Source: Ignavibacteriales bacterium
GTDB lineage: Bacteria; Bacteroidota; Ignavibacteria; UBA10030; UBA6906
DNA length: 64,000 bases
Assembly (NCBI GenBank): GCA_037441705.1
Contig: JBBIRR010000019.1
Span: 1-64,000 of the forward strand
Direction of reading: 5' to 3'
The notes beneath the pieces were generated by a model that was not told the DNA's origin, did no database searches, and saw nothing but the letters and a program-made list of their open reading frames with translations. A program made the position numbers and the translations under genes. This document shows positions 8,732 through 17,115 of this stretch, one piece after another. The stretch's first letter is position 1, and every line of letters begins with the position of its first letter.

Positions 8732-9169
8732 TCACGCAACATGTTTCCGCGCGGCCCGCGATCGAGATGCAGCCGGCGATCGTCGGCCGGCGCCGGCCTT
8801 TCGTACGCGCGTCGAGGGTTGGGGTTTGGAATCACTCACCCGTTTCATTTTCGCGTCGCCCCAGAGTTTTTCGAGGTTGTAGAACGAGCGAGCAGTTTTG
8901 TGAAAGATGTGCAGCACCACGTCAGAGTAATCGAGCAGCACCCAGTTGAGGCTGCCGATCTCCTTATGCCAGGGCGGCACGCCTTTCTTCTCCGTCCCTT
9001 CCACCACCGCGTCGGCAATCGCTTTGATCTGCGTGTCCGAATCGGCCGAGCATACGACAAAGAAGTCGGTCATCGACGTCAGCGGACGCAAATCCATGAT
9101 CACGACATCATGCGCCTTCTTGGTCAGCGCAAGTTTCGCAATGGCGTTTGCCAGTTGGGGCGATTTCAC
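8732..9169 (-). CDS. rsfS: Ribosome silencing factor RsfS (Iojap)
   Basis: KKAHDVVIMDL, TDFFVVCS, WVLLDYSDVVLHIF, FYNLEKLW. Confidence 0.93.
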   Translation of the reverse strand: MKSPQLANAIAKLALTKKAHDVVIMDLRPLTSMTDFFVVCSADSDTQIKAIADAVVEGTEKKGVPPWHKEIGSLNWVLLDYSDVVLHIFHKTARSFYNLEKLWGDAKMKRVSDSKPQPSTRVRKAGAGRRSPAASRSRAARKHVA

Positions 9170-9193
9170 TGCGGTTCTCCTCCTTGCTGGTGG

Positions 9194-9724
9194 CTATTGC
9201 TGATACGGCTTGAGCGAAGCATAATCCCTGCCGATGACAACCGAGACATCAACGAAGTAGTCGGGACTGATCTGCTGGATGACGTTCTTTTCACTTACCC
9301 CTAAGGCATAAGCGACTTTGCGCGCAAGCTCGACATTGCCGCTGCGATCAATGACAAGCGATTCCTTCACATCGAACGTTTTGTAATTTCGTATCTCCAC
9401 CACATCGAACCCGCGCGCCCGCAAATACCCCGTGACGTGCGACGCGGCGCGAGGAATGCCGCAGCCATTGAGCAAATCGAGCTGAATGATCGTGCGTGAA
9501 GCTCCATCGGTCTTTGTCGGATCAACCGGCGGCGAGATGAGGCTGCGGGTCACAAACGCGTACGCGAGGATGCCGACCACGAGGACGAGAACCCCTATCA
9601 GTGCGTTGACGCCGAGGCGGCGGAAATTGATTGGACCGGAACGATGCAAGTGCAAATTCAGCGACACGTCCTCAACCGTGAATGAACCGCTCCAGGAAAT
9701 GCGAAAGCCGACACACCCTTGCAT
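9194..9724 (-). CDS. Membrane-anchored LytR C-terminal domain protein (start uncertain, possibly 9667)
   Basis: One TM helix, then IQLDLLNGCGIPRAA...GFDVV...N...DVSVVIGRDY. Confidence 0.75.
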   Translation of the reverse strand: MQGCVGFRISWSGSFTVEDVSLNLHLHRSGPINFRRLGVNALIGVLVLVVGILAYAFVTRSLISPPVDPTKTDGASRTIIQLDLLNGCGIPRAASHVTGYLRARGFDVVEIRNYKTFDVKESLVIDRSGNVELARKVAYALGVSEKNVIQQISPDYFVDVSVVIGRDYASLKPYQQ

Positions 9725-9790
9725 GCGGTGTGCAAGGCTGTTCGGCTGTCCTGTAAGAAGATTGAAGCAACGTCGAGTGCGCTTCCTGTG

Positions 9791-10276
9791 TTAGAATCCC
9801 TGCTCTCTGTAGAATGGATTGTAGTAGAATGGTGAAGTGTACAGACTATACGGAATCTGGCGGTACTGCACCTGCATGAACACATTCTCCCACGGTCGGT
9901 AGTTGATTTCAGCGCGGCTGAGATACACGCCGCTGAAATCCTTTTTGTTGAATGTCGAGAGCGAATTGAGCGGCGAAAAACTCAGGCTGACATCGGCACG
10001 CGCGTTCAGGTTGTCTGCAATCTCATAACGCATGCTGTTCGTGTAGGTGCCGAGCGAAAAGCCCTGCCCTCCAAAACTCGTGTACGAGAGATCGAACGAA
10101 TGCCTCATGCTGAACTTGTCCGGATTAAACCACCCGAACAACGCTGAGAGCGGCGATGAGTCCCCCAAGCGTCCGATCGTGGCTTGCGTCTCTTGCTGAA
10201 CCTGTGATTTGAACTGCGCAGAGGAACCTGCCGCCATTATCAGCAGCAACGCAACAACGACAACTGTTCGTCTCAT
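9791..10276 (-). CDS. Exported hypothetical protein (aromatic-rich, beta-strand-like)
   Basis: AAGGAG RBS before ATG 10276; signal peptide MRRTVVVVALLLIMAAGSSA|Q. Confidence 0.7.
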   Translation of the reverse strand: MRRTVVVVALLLIMAAGSSAQFKSQVQQETQATIGRLGDSSPLSALFGWFNPDKFSMRHSFDLSYTSFGGQGFSLGTYTNSMRYEIADNLNARADVSLSFSPLNSLSTFNKKDFSGVYLSRAEINYRPWENVFMQVQYRQIPYSLYTSPFYYNPFYREQGF

Positions 10277-10561
10277 CGCGATCTCCTTGGAATGACTCCT
10301 CCTGTTCATGCACACGCTAACATTTCTGTGAAGATAATAGTGAAAACGCACCTGATTGTCAACTGCACAGAGCGCATCGGAACAACGGACATATCCTGTT
10401 CGTCCTTGGTCATCCCGCGTCTTGCCGATCACACTCTTCTCTTGCAACAAAAGCCAAACCGCATTACCTTGTGCTCGACGACGGCCGTCCCATATCGGCC
10501 CTCGTATCTGCACCCAGCAAACCACCTCATTCAGCTCACTCATCACATAGGAGGCATAAAC

Positions 10562-10924
10562 ATGAGAACGCTCTTGACTGCAATCGTCGCCGTACTGTTG
10601 CTCGCCGTCACCGGCTTTGCACAGAACATTCGCCAGGGCGAGTTCTCCGCGGATGTGAATTCCGACGGATGGACGCTGGCGAAAGGCACCGGTGCACGTA
10701 CAAGCACGATCTTCATCGCGTTCGACGACCCGTTCGACAGCATCCCTAACGTGGTTCTGAGCCTTACCGGCTACGAACTGAAACCCGGAAAGGACGGTGC
10801 AATTCGCGTCAGCGTTAAGACCGACAAGATTACGAAGGCTGGATTCATGATCAAGGTGCACACGTGGGGGGATTCCCAGGTTACTGCTGTCAGCGGAACG
10901 TGGATGGCCTATCCCAAAAAGTAG
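10562..10924 (+). CDS. Secreted single-domain H-type lectin protein
   Basis: GGAGG RBS; signal peptide ...VTGFA|Q; pattern IAFDDPFDSIPNVVLSLTG...ITKAGF.IKVHTWGDS.V...SGTWMA typical of the H-type lectin fold. Confidence 0.7.
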   Translation: MRTLLTAIVAVLLLAVTGFAQNIRQGEFSADVNSDGWTLAKGTGARTSTIFIAFDDPFDSIPNVVLSLTGYELKPGKDGAIRVSVKTDKITKAGFMIKVHTWGDSQVTAVSGTWMAYPKK

Positions 10925-10951
10925 CACGCAGGTTCGGTGCATAATGCATGC

Positions 10952-10980
10952 AAGGCCGACCGGGCCGGGTCGGCCTTTTT
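10952..10980 (+). terminator. Rho-independent terminator between convergent genes
   Basis: AAGGCCGACC-loop-GGTCGGCCTT followed by TTT. Confidence 0.75.
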
Positions 10981-11732
10981 CATGCGCGCGCCTTCATTAT
11001 TTCGCGCACAGCTTCGAGCTGCGCAACAGTGTTTATCCCGGCTGTCTCCCTCGGATTGGTTGCGGCAACGGCGCCGACTTTCAGCCCGCGTTTCCAGAAG
11101 TACTGGAACACGTCGGTCAGGTAGTACTCCTTCTGCACGTTGTCGGGCGAAATGTGCTTCAACCCTTCGAACAACATCCCCGCATCAAACACGTAGATGC
11201 CGGAGTTGATTTCATTGATGCGACGCTGCTCCGCCGTCGCATCTTTGTGCTCGACGATAGCCGTCACATTCCCGTCGGCGTCGCGCAGGATTCTTCCGTA
11301 TCCTGTCGCGTCGTCTAACACGGCGGTGAGAACGGTTGCGTGGTCGTTGTTGCTTCGGTGGTGTTCGATGAGCGACCGCGTGGTGGAATACGACAGCATC
11401 GGTACGTCGCCGGATAGCACCAACACATCGCCCTCGAAATCCCTCAGCACCGGCGCCGCCTGCATGACGGCGTGCCCCGTGCCGAGCTGCGGGTTCTGCT
11501 CAACACATTCAACCTTCTTTCCAAAGACGTTGGTGAGATGGTTGATGACGGAGTCCTTCTGCCACCCGACGATCACCACGACGCGCTGCGCGCCCAGACG
11601 CAGTGCCAGATCCACCACATGCTCCACCATCGGCTTTCCGTTGATGGTGTACATCACTTTGGCCATATTGGGATTGTTCATGCGGGTTCCCTTCCCCGCC
11701 GCCATAATGACGACCGCGAGTTTTCTTTCCAT
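10980..11732 (-). CDS. Sugar-phosphate nucleotidyltransferase (GlmU N-terminal uridyltransferase domain only)
   Basis: IMAAGKGTRM, QLGTGHAV, LSGDVP, GYGRI, EINSGIY, EYYLTD; no hexapeptide acetyltransferase domain. Confidence 0.88.
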   Translation of the reverse strand: MERKLAVVIMAAGKGTRMNNPNMAKVMYTINGKPMVEHVVDLALRLGAQRVVVIVGWQKDSVINHLTNVFGKKVECVEQNPQLGTGHAVMQAAPVLRDFEGDVLVLSGDVPMLSYSTTRSLIEHHRSNNDHATVLTAVLDDATGYGRILRDADGNVTAIVEHKDATAEQRRINEINSGIYVFDAGMLFEGLKHISPDNVQKEYYLTDVFQYFWKRGLKVGAVAATNPRETAGINTVAQLEAVREIMKARA

Positions 11733-11744
11733 ATCTTGCTCGAA

Positions 11745-12593
11745 CTAAACGAGAATGATGATATTGTCGATGAGGCGTGTGGTCCCGAATTTTACCGCAA
11801 GCGAAATCAGCACGGATTGCCCGCGATGAAGACGGTGGACCTCTTGAAGCGAAGTGTTATCCGCGATCGAGATATAGTCGATCACGCCCGAGGAGTTTTC
11901 CCTGATCAGGGTCGCCATTTCGGCAATGATCTTTTTGCAATCCTCTTCTCCTTCCTTCACACGCGCCTCGGCGTGCTTGAGCGATCGAAAGAGGACGACG
12001 GCTTCGCTTCGCTGCTGCGGACTGAGATACGTGTTGCGTGAACTCATCGCAAGGCCGTCCGCTTCGCGCACAATCGGACCGACAACCAGCTCGATGTCGA
12101 AGTTCAGATCCTTAATCATCCGACGTATCACGGCAACCTGCTGAGCATCCTTCTGTCCGAACACGGCAATATGAGGTTTCGTAAGATTGAACAGCTTCGT
12201 AACCACGGTGGCAACGCCGCGAAAGTGCCCGGGTCGGGATTTCCCCTCCAACACATCCGTAATTCCTCCGACGTCAACATAGGTCGAGTATCCCGTTGGA
12301 TACATCTGCGACACCTCGGGCGCAAAGAGGTGAGTCGTCCCCGCTGCGTTGGCCAGCGCAAGGTCATGCTCGAAGTCGCGCGGGTAGCGTTCGTAGTCCT
12401 CACCCGGCCCGAACTGCGTGGGATTGACGAACAGCGTCGTGATCACGACATCGGCCTTCATTTTCGCGATGCGGATGAGCGACAGGTGGCCTTCGTGCAG
12501 GTATCCCATCGTCGGCACGACGGCAATGCGTTTGCCGGACTGGCGGAGCCTCTCCGCCGTTTGCCGCATTTCTCTGAGATCGCGAATAACCAT
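11745..12593 (-). CDS. panC: Pantoate--beta-alanine ligase
   Basis: VPTMGYLHEGHLSL, FVNPTQF, RPGHFRGV, FGQKDAQQ, GLAMSSRN, RLIDN. Confidence 0.97.
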   Translation of the reverse strand: MVIRDLREMRQTAERLRQSGKRIAVVPTMGYLHEGHLSLIRIAKMKADVVITTLFVNPTQFGPGEDYERYPRDFEHDLALANAAGTTHLFAPEVSQMYPTGYSTYVDVGGITDVLEGKSRPGHFRGVATVVTKLFNLTKPHIAVFGQKDAQQVAVIRRMIKDLNFDIELVVGPIVREADGLAMSSRNTYLSPQQRSEAVVLFRSLKHAEARVKEGEEDCKKIIAEMATLIRENSSGVIDYISIADNTSLQEVHRLHRGQSVLISLAVKFGTTRLIDNIIILV

Positions 12594-12601
12594 ATTCCCT
12601 C

Positions 12602-13507
12602 CTAGAGAATCCTCTTGCCAAAGGCGGACTGAACAAGCTCCACCGCAAACTCTGCGGAGGTGTTGTGCTCGTCGAGGATCGGGTTCACTTCAACGATTTC
12701 CAATGAGGTCATGGCTTTCGATTCGAACAGAAGTTCCATAATCAAATGTGCTTCGCGATAATCCAGCCCGCCCTTGACCGGTGTCCCGACACCGGGCGCA
12801 ACGGTCGGGTCAACGGCATCAAGGTCGAGGCTGACATGCAAATAGTCGGTTCCATCGGTGACTTTCGAGAGTGCCTTCTTCATCACGCGATGCACGCCCT
12901 GCCGATCAATGTCGTGCATCGTATAGACGTAGACGCCTGTCTGCTCGATGAACCGCCGTTCTCCTTCGTCAAGACTCCGGACGCCCACCAGCACCACGTT
13001 GTTCGGGTCAATCTTCCGTGCATTGCCGCCAACGGATTTCAGCTCATTCGGGCCGTAACCAAGAAGGACGGCAAGCGGCATCCCGTGCACGTTTCCCGAT
13101 GGCGACGTGGAGGGCGTATTCATGTCGCCGTGGGCATCCACCCACAGCACACCGACTTTTTTTCTCTTTTTGCGTGCAAACGCGGCGATGCCTGAGATGG
13201 ACCCGACGGCAATGGAATGGTCGCCGCCGAGGATAAGCGGGAAGTGCCCCTTGGCCATGATGGCCTCTGTGTGTCGCGCAAGAATCCGGGAGGCTCGTGC
13301 AATCTCCTTGAGGTACCGGGCGCGCGTATCGCCGACGCGAATCTCTTCCATGTTCTTGATGTCGATGTCGCCTTCATCCACAATCTTGTTGCCCAACTCC
13401 TTGAGTTTGTCGGCAAGGCCGGCAATGCGAATGGCCGACGGACCCATATCGACACCGCGTCGGCCGGAGCCGAGATCCATGGGAACACCAAGTACGTGAA
13501 TGATCAT
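12602..13507 (-). CDS. rocF: Arginase
   Basis: RRGVDMGPSAIR, GGDHSIA, DAHGDMN, SGNVHGMP, SLDLDAVDP, EVNP; start moved to ATG 13507. Confidence 0.93.
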   Translation of the reverse strand: MIIHVLGVPMDLGSGRRGVDMGPSAIRIAGLADKLKELGNKIVDEGDIDIKNMEEIRVGDTRARYLKEIARASRILARHTEAIMAKGHFPLILGGDHSIAVGSISGIAAFARKKRKKVGVLWVDAHGDMNTPSTSPSGNVHGMPLAVLLGYGPNELKSVGGNARKIDPNNVVLVGVRSLDEGERRFIEQTGVYVYTMHDIDRQGVHRVMKKALSKVTDGTDYLHVSLDLDAVDPTVAPGVGTPVKGGLDYREAHLIMELLFESKAMTSLEIVEVNPILDEHNTSAEFAVELVQSAFGKRIL

Positions 13508-13527
13508 GCTGGGTGCGTGCGTGTTGG

Positions 13528-14370
13528 TCAGGGGGCCAGAAGAGCGAGTATCCGCGAGATCGTTGATTTGAGATCGCGGCGATGCACAACAATATCGACG
13601 AATCCGTGTTCGAGCAAAAACTCCGAACGCTGGAACCCCGGCGGCAGGTCCTTGCCGATCGTTTGCTTGATGACGCGCGGCCCGGCAAATCCGATGAGCG
13701 CTGCCGGCTCGGCAATGTTCACGTCGCCGAGCATAGCGTAGCTCGCCGTTACGCCGCCTGTGGTCGGATCGGTTAACACCGAGATGTACGGAACGCCCGC
13801 GTCGGCCAGCCGCGTCAGCTTGGCGCTGGTCTTGGCCATCTGCATGAGCGAATACGCCCCCTCCATCATGCGGGCACCGCCGCTGGCCGAGACAACGATG
13901 ACGGGTTTCTTCGTTTTCCATCCCCGATCGATTGCCCGACCGATCTTCTCGCCCACCACCGAGCCCATGCTTCCGCCGATGAATGCAAAATCCATGCAGG
14001 CAAACACCACGTCGCGGCTGTCCAGCTTGCCCGTTCCCCATCGCGCGGCGTCGTACAGGCCCGTTTTCTTGATGGCTTCGGGAATGCGTTCGCGGTAGCG
14101 TTTCGTGTCGGTAAAGCGAAGCGGATCCACGGAGCGCATCCGCCGATCATACTCTTTGAATGTTCCTTCATCCAACAAAATTTTGATGTACTCGTTGCTG
14201 CCGATGCGGAAGTGTTTGTTGCACTTCGGGCACGTGAACATGTTCTGATCGAGTTCTGTCTTGTGAATGATCTCGCCGCATTGGTCGCACTTGATCCACA
14301 TGCCGTCGGGCATTTCCCTCTTTTCCGTCGTCGGCTCGATGCTTTCCTTCGAACGTCTGAACCATGCCAT
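13528..14370 (-). CDS. accD: Acetyl-CoA carboxylase carboxyltransferase beta subunit
   Basis: Zn ribbon CDQC...CPKC, GGSMGSVVGEK, SGGARMMEG, PTTGGVTAS, GFAGPRVI. Confidence 0.97.
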   Translation of the reverse strand: MAWFRRSKESIEPTTEKREMPDGMWIKCDQCGEIIHKTELDQNMFTCPKCNKHFRIGSNEYIKILLDEGTFKEYDRRMRSVDPLRFTDTKRYRERIPEAIKKTGLYDAARWGTGKLDSRDVVFACMDFAFIGGSMGSVVGEKIGRAIDRGWKTKKPVIVVSASGGARMMEGAYSLMQMAKTSAKLTRLADAGVPYISVLTDPTTGGVTASYAMLGDVNIAEPAALIGFAGPRVIKQTIGKDLPPGFQRSEFLLEHGFVDIVVHRRDLKSTISRILALLAP

Positions 14371-14383
14371 GGGGAGTGGCCTT

Positions 14384-15067
14384 CTATGAGTGTTTGAATG
14401 TTGTATGGAACTCTTTCACGTATGCCGGCTCGAGTGTTCGTGCATCGGCAAATGCACCGCTGCGTGCCAGCTCCTCGCCGATCAACGCGACGGCCGATGC
14501 GCGACACGAGGCGTACTCTGCGGGAACGAACCGCACCGCATTGCCGAAGCGCGCCGCAAGTTTTGTCCCGGCATTGCCTGTAACGGTGACGGCCCGGCCT
14601 GCAACGAGCGCCGAAAGCTCCTCCATCGTCATGTCGCGAACCTCGCCCTCGCGCTCAACCGTCCTTCCGTTGATGCGGAACAGCGCGCAGTACACCTCAT
14701 CCCGTCGCGCATCGAGCGAAGCAAGAAGGTACGGTGTTTCGACGAGGTTCGCATCGGCCGCGCGCCGGGCAAGCGCATCGAGTGTCGGCACTGCCACCAA
14801 CGGCTTCTCTAACGCAAAGCATAAGCCCTTAGCCACACTCAAGCCAATCCGGAGGCCGGTAAACGAACCGGGGCCGATGGAGACGGCGATCGCGTCAAGC
14901 GACTTGGGGGACACCAGCGAACGTCGCGAGACGCTGTCGATCAAGCTCATCAGCATCTCGGCGTGAACATTCTTTTCCTCGATGGTTTCTTCCGCCGCGA
15001 TGCGCCCCCCGGCCAGGAGAGCCGCGCTGCATACCGTCGTTGCGGTTTCAATTGCCAACACGTTCAC
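14384..15067 (-). CDS. tsaB: tRNA t6A biosynthesis protein TsaB
   Basis: LAIETAT, GPGSFTGLRIG, DARRDEVY. Confidence 0.95.
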   Translation of the reverse strand: MNVLAIETATTVCSAALLAGGRIAAEETIEEKNVHAEMLMSLIDSVSRRSLVSPKSLDAIAVSIGPGSFTGLRIGLSVAKGLCFALEKPLVAVPTLDALARRAADANLVETPYLLASLDARRDEVYCALFRINGRTVEREGEVRDMTMEELSALVAGRAVTVTGNAGTKLAARFGNAVRFVPAEYASCRASAVALIGEELARSGAFADARTLEPAYVKEFHTTFKHS

Positions 15068-15495
15068 GCCGGAACAGCCTCGCGAATGACAATCTCGCGC
15101 TCATCTTCGGCGGCGCCGTGGCGGAGTTCGACGGCATAATGGCGCGGAGGCAATCGGTCGGCAATCATCTCGGGCCACTCGATCAGACAGATGCATCGCT
15201 CGTTGAAGTACTCCTCAACACCCAGCGCATCCAGCTCGGAAGGCTTTTCGATTCTATACAGGTCAATGTGAACAACGGTGCCGAACGGGGCGCTGTACTC
15301 GTTGATGAACGTGAACGTGGGGCTGGTTGCATGTGCCCGCGCCTGCAGTCCTTCGCAGACACCGATCACGAATTGCGTCTTACCGCTGCCGAGTGTGCCG
15401 CTCAGCGCGACGCAATCGCCGGGCTTCAACTGCGCGGCGAATGTCCTCCCCACCTCGACCGTCTCACGCGCGGAATGTGTGCGGTACGTCTTCAT
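15064..15495 (-). CDS. tsaE: tRNA t6A biosynthesis ATPase TsaE
   Basis: GTLGSGKT, SPTFT, HIDLYR, LIEW. Confidence 0.95.
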   Translation of the reverse strand: MKTYRTHSARETVEVGRTFAAQLKPGDCVALSGTLGSGKTQFVIGVCEGLQARAHATSPTFTFINEYSAPFGTVVHIDLYRIEKPSELDALGVEEYFNERCICLIEWPEMIADRLPPRHYAVELRHGAAEDEREIVIREAVPA

Positions 15496-17060
15496 CCTTT
15501 CGGCTCGAGTTTGACAACCGGCAGGATCATTTCTTCCATCGAGATTCCTCCGTGCTGGAAGCTGTCCCGATACTGATTGAGATACTTATGGTAGTCCGTC
15601 GGATAGACGAAGTAGTAATCTTCCTTGGCGAGGATGTAATTCACCGCCACGCCGCGCTTCGGCAGCTTGAAGTCCAGCGGGTTTTTCACAAACACTGCCG
15701 ACTTCTCGTCGCATTTAAGGTTGCGGCCGTATTTGTACCGTAAATTGGTTGATGCTTCGCGATCGCCCAGAACTTTCGTGCCGCGGAGGCTCCTGATGCT
15801 GCCGTGATCGGTCGTCAGGAGAATCGAGACGTTTCTGTTTCTCGAAAGCGTCTTCAACATGCCGAACAGCGACGAGTGAATGAACCACGATTTGGTCAGC
15901 AGGCGGTACGCCGATTCGTCGGGCGCAATCTCTTTGAGCAGATGCGAATCGGAGCGGCCGTGCGCAAGCATATCCACAAAGTTGACGACGATGGAGGTCA
16001 GCCGCGCGTTGGTGTAGGAGTTGATATTCGCCTCAATGCTGCGGCCAAACTCGGCATCGAGAATCTTCACATACTTCGGCTCCGGCTTCAAATGGATCTT
16101 GCGTCGCTCCAGCAATCCCTCCAGAAACTGCCGCTCATAACGGTTGCGGCTGCTCTCGTCGTCCTCGTTCTTCTCCCACAATTCAGGATAGCGCAACTCG
16201 ACGTCGCTCGGATACGAGCCGCTGAAGATGGCGTTGCGCGAGTACGGCGTCGCCGTCGGTAGCAGACTGAAGTAGTATTGTTTGGAGATGTCGAAGTACT
16301 CGTGCAGCAGACTCTCCATCATCAACCACTGATCGAGCCGCAAGCAATCCACGACAAAGAAGAAGACGGACTTCTGGGATTGGAGTTCAGGAATGAGGAA
16401 ACGATCCACGACTTCTTGGGAGAGCACGGGCCGGCGCTCCGTACGGTGCACCCAGTCTCGATAATTCTGCTCGATGTACTTGCCGAAGACGAGGTTGCAT
16501 TCCCGAATCTGATCCGATAAGGTTTGCTTCAAGCCGAGATCGGGATGTTGGTCAAGTTCCAGCGACCAACCGACCAATCGCGTGTACACATCCACCCAAT
16601 CGGTGTACTCCATCGGGTTGAGCAAGGAGCGTGCAATGTCGTTGAACTCGGCAATATAATCCCGAGAAACCGTCGCGCCCGCAATCCTCTTGCTCTCCAG
16701 AAACTTCTTGCATGCCATGAGAATCTGGCTGGGGTTGACCGGCTTGATGAGGTAATCGCTGATCTTGACGCCGATGGCTTCCTCCATCAGCGTCTCCTCT
16801 TCATTTTTTGTTACCATCACCACGGGAAGATTTGGACGCAGGTCTTTGATTTCGGCAAGGGTTCGCAAGCCTCCCATGCCTGCCATCATCTCGTCGAGGA
16901 ACACAAGGTCGAACGACCGGTCCCTGACCATGCTCACGGCGTCTTCGCCGTTGGTCGCCGTTTCTACCGTGTAGCCCTTGTCGGCAAGGAAGCGGATGTG
17001 TGGACGCAGGAGTTCGATCTCGTCATCCACCCACAATATTTTGCCTTTAGTCTCTTCCAT
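15492..17060 (-). CDS. porX: PorX-type response regulator (receiver plus PglZ/alkaline-phosphatase domain)
   Basis: ILWVDDE...LDEMM receiver; DCLR, LPTATPYSRNAIFSG, DMLAH, TTDHG, FQHGGIS; directly upstream of tsaE as in Bacteroidota. Confidence 0.88.
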   Translation of the reverse strand: MEETKGKILWVDDEIELLRPHIRFLADKGYTVETATNGEDAVSMVRDRSFDLVFLDEMMAGMGGLRTLAEIKDLRPNLPVVMVTKNEEETLMEEAIGVKISDYLIKPVNPSQILMACKKFLESKRIAGATVSRDYIAEFNDIARSLLNPMEYTDWVDVYTRLVGWSLELDQHPDLGLKQTLSDQIRECNLVFGKYIEQNYRDWVHRTERRPVLSQEVVDRFLIPELQSQKSVFFFVVDCLRLDQWLMMESLLHEYFDISKQYYFSLLPTATPYSRNAIFSGSYPSDVELRYPELWEKNEDDESSRNRYERQFLEGLLERRKIHLKPEPKYVKILDAEFGRSIEANINSYTNARLTSIVVNFVDMLAHGRSDSHLLKEIAPDESAYRLLTKSWFIHSSLFGMLKTLSRNRNVSILLTTDHGSIRSLRGTKVLGDREASTNLRYKYGRNLKCDEKSAVFVKNPLDFKLPKRGVAVNYILAKEDYYFVYPTDYHKYLNQYRDSFQHGGISMEEMILPVVKLEPKG

Positions 17061-17115
17061 TCCTCTTCATGATAGCCATTTCAGCTACGAGTTTCAAACC
17101 TGGCCGGCGCCTGCT

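Noticed and set aside
10277-10942. 383-aa version of ORF 9791..10942 and similar long extensions of rocF, lptG and porV
   Set aside because: The extensions overlap other real genes; internal starts with RBS, signal peptides or stop-start overlaps fit better.
15492-17060. PglZ domain as evidence of a BREX defence system
   Set aside because: It is fused to a receiver domain and sits before tsaE, i.e. PorX; no other brx genes are present.
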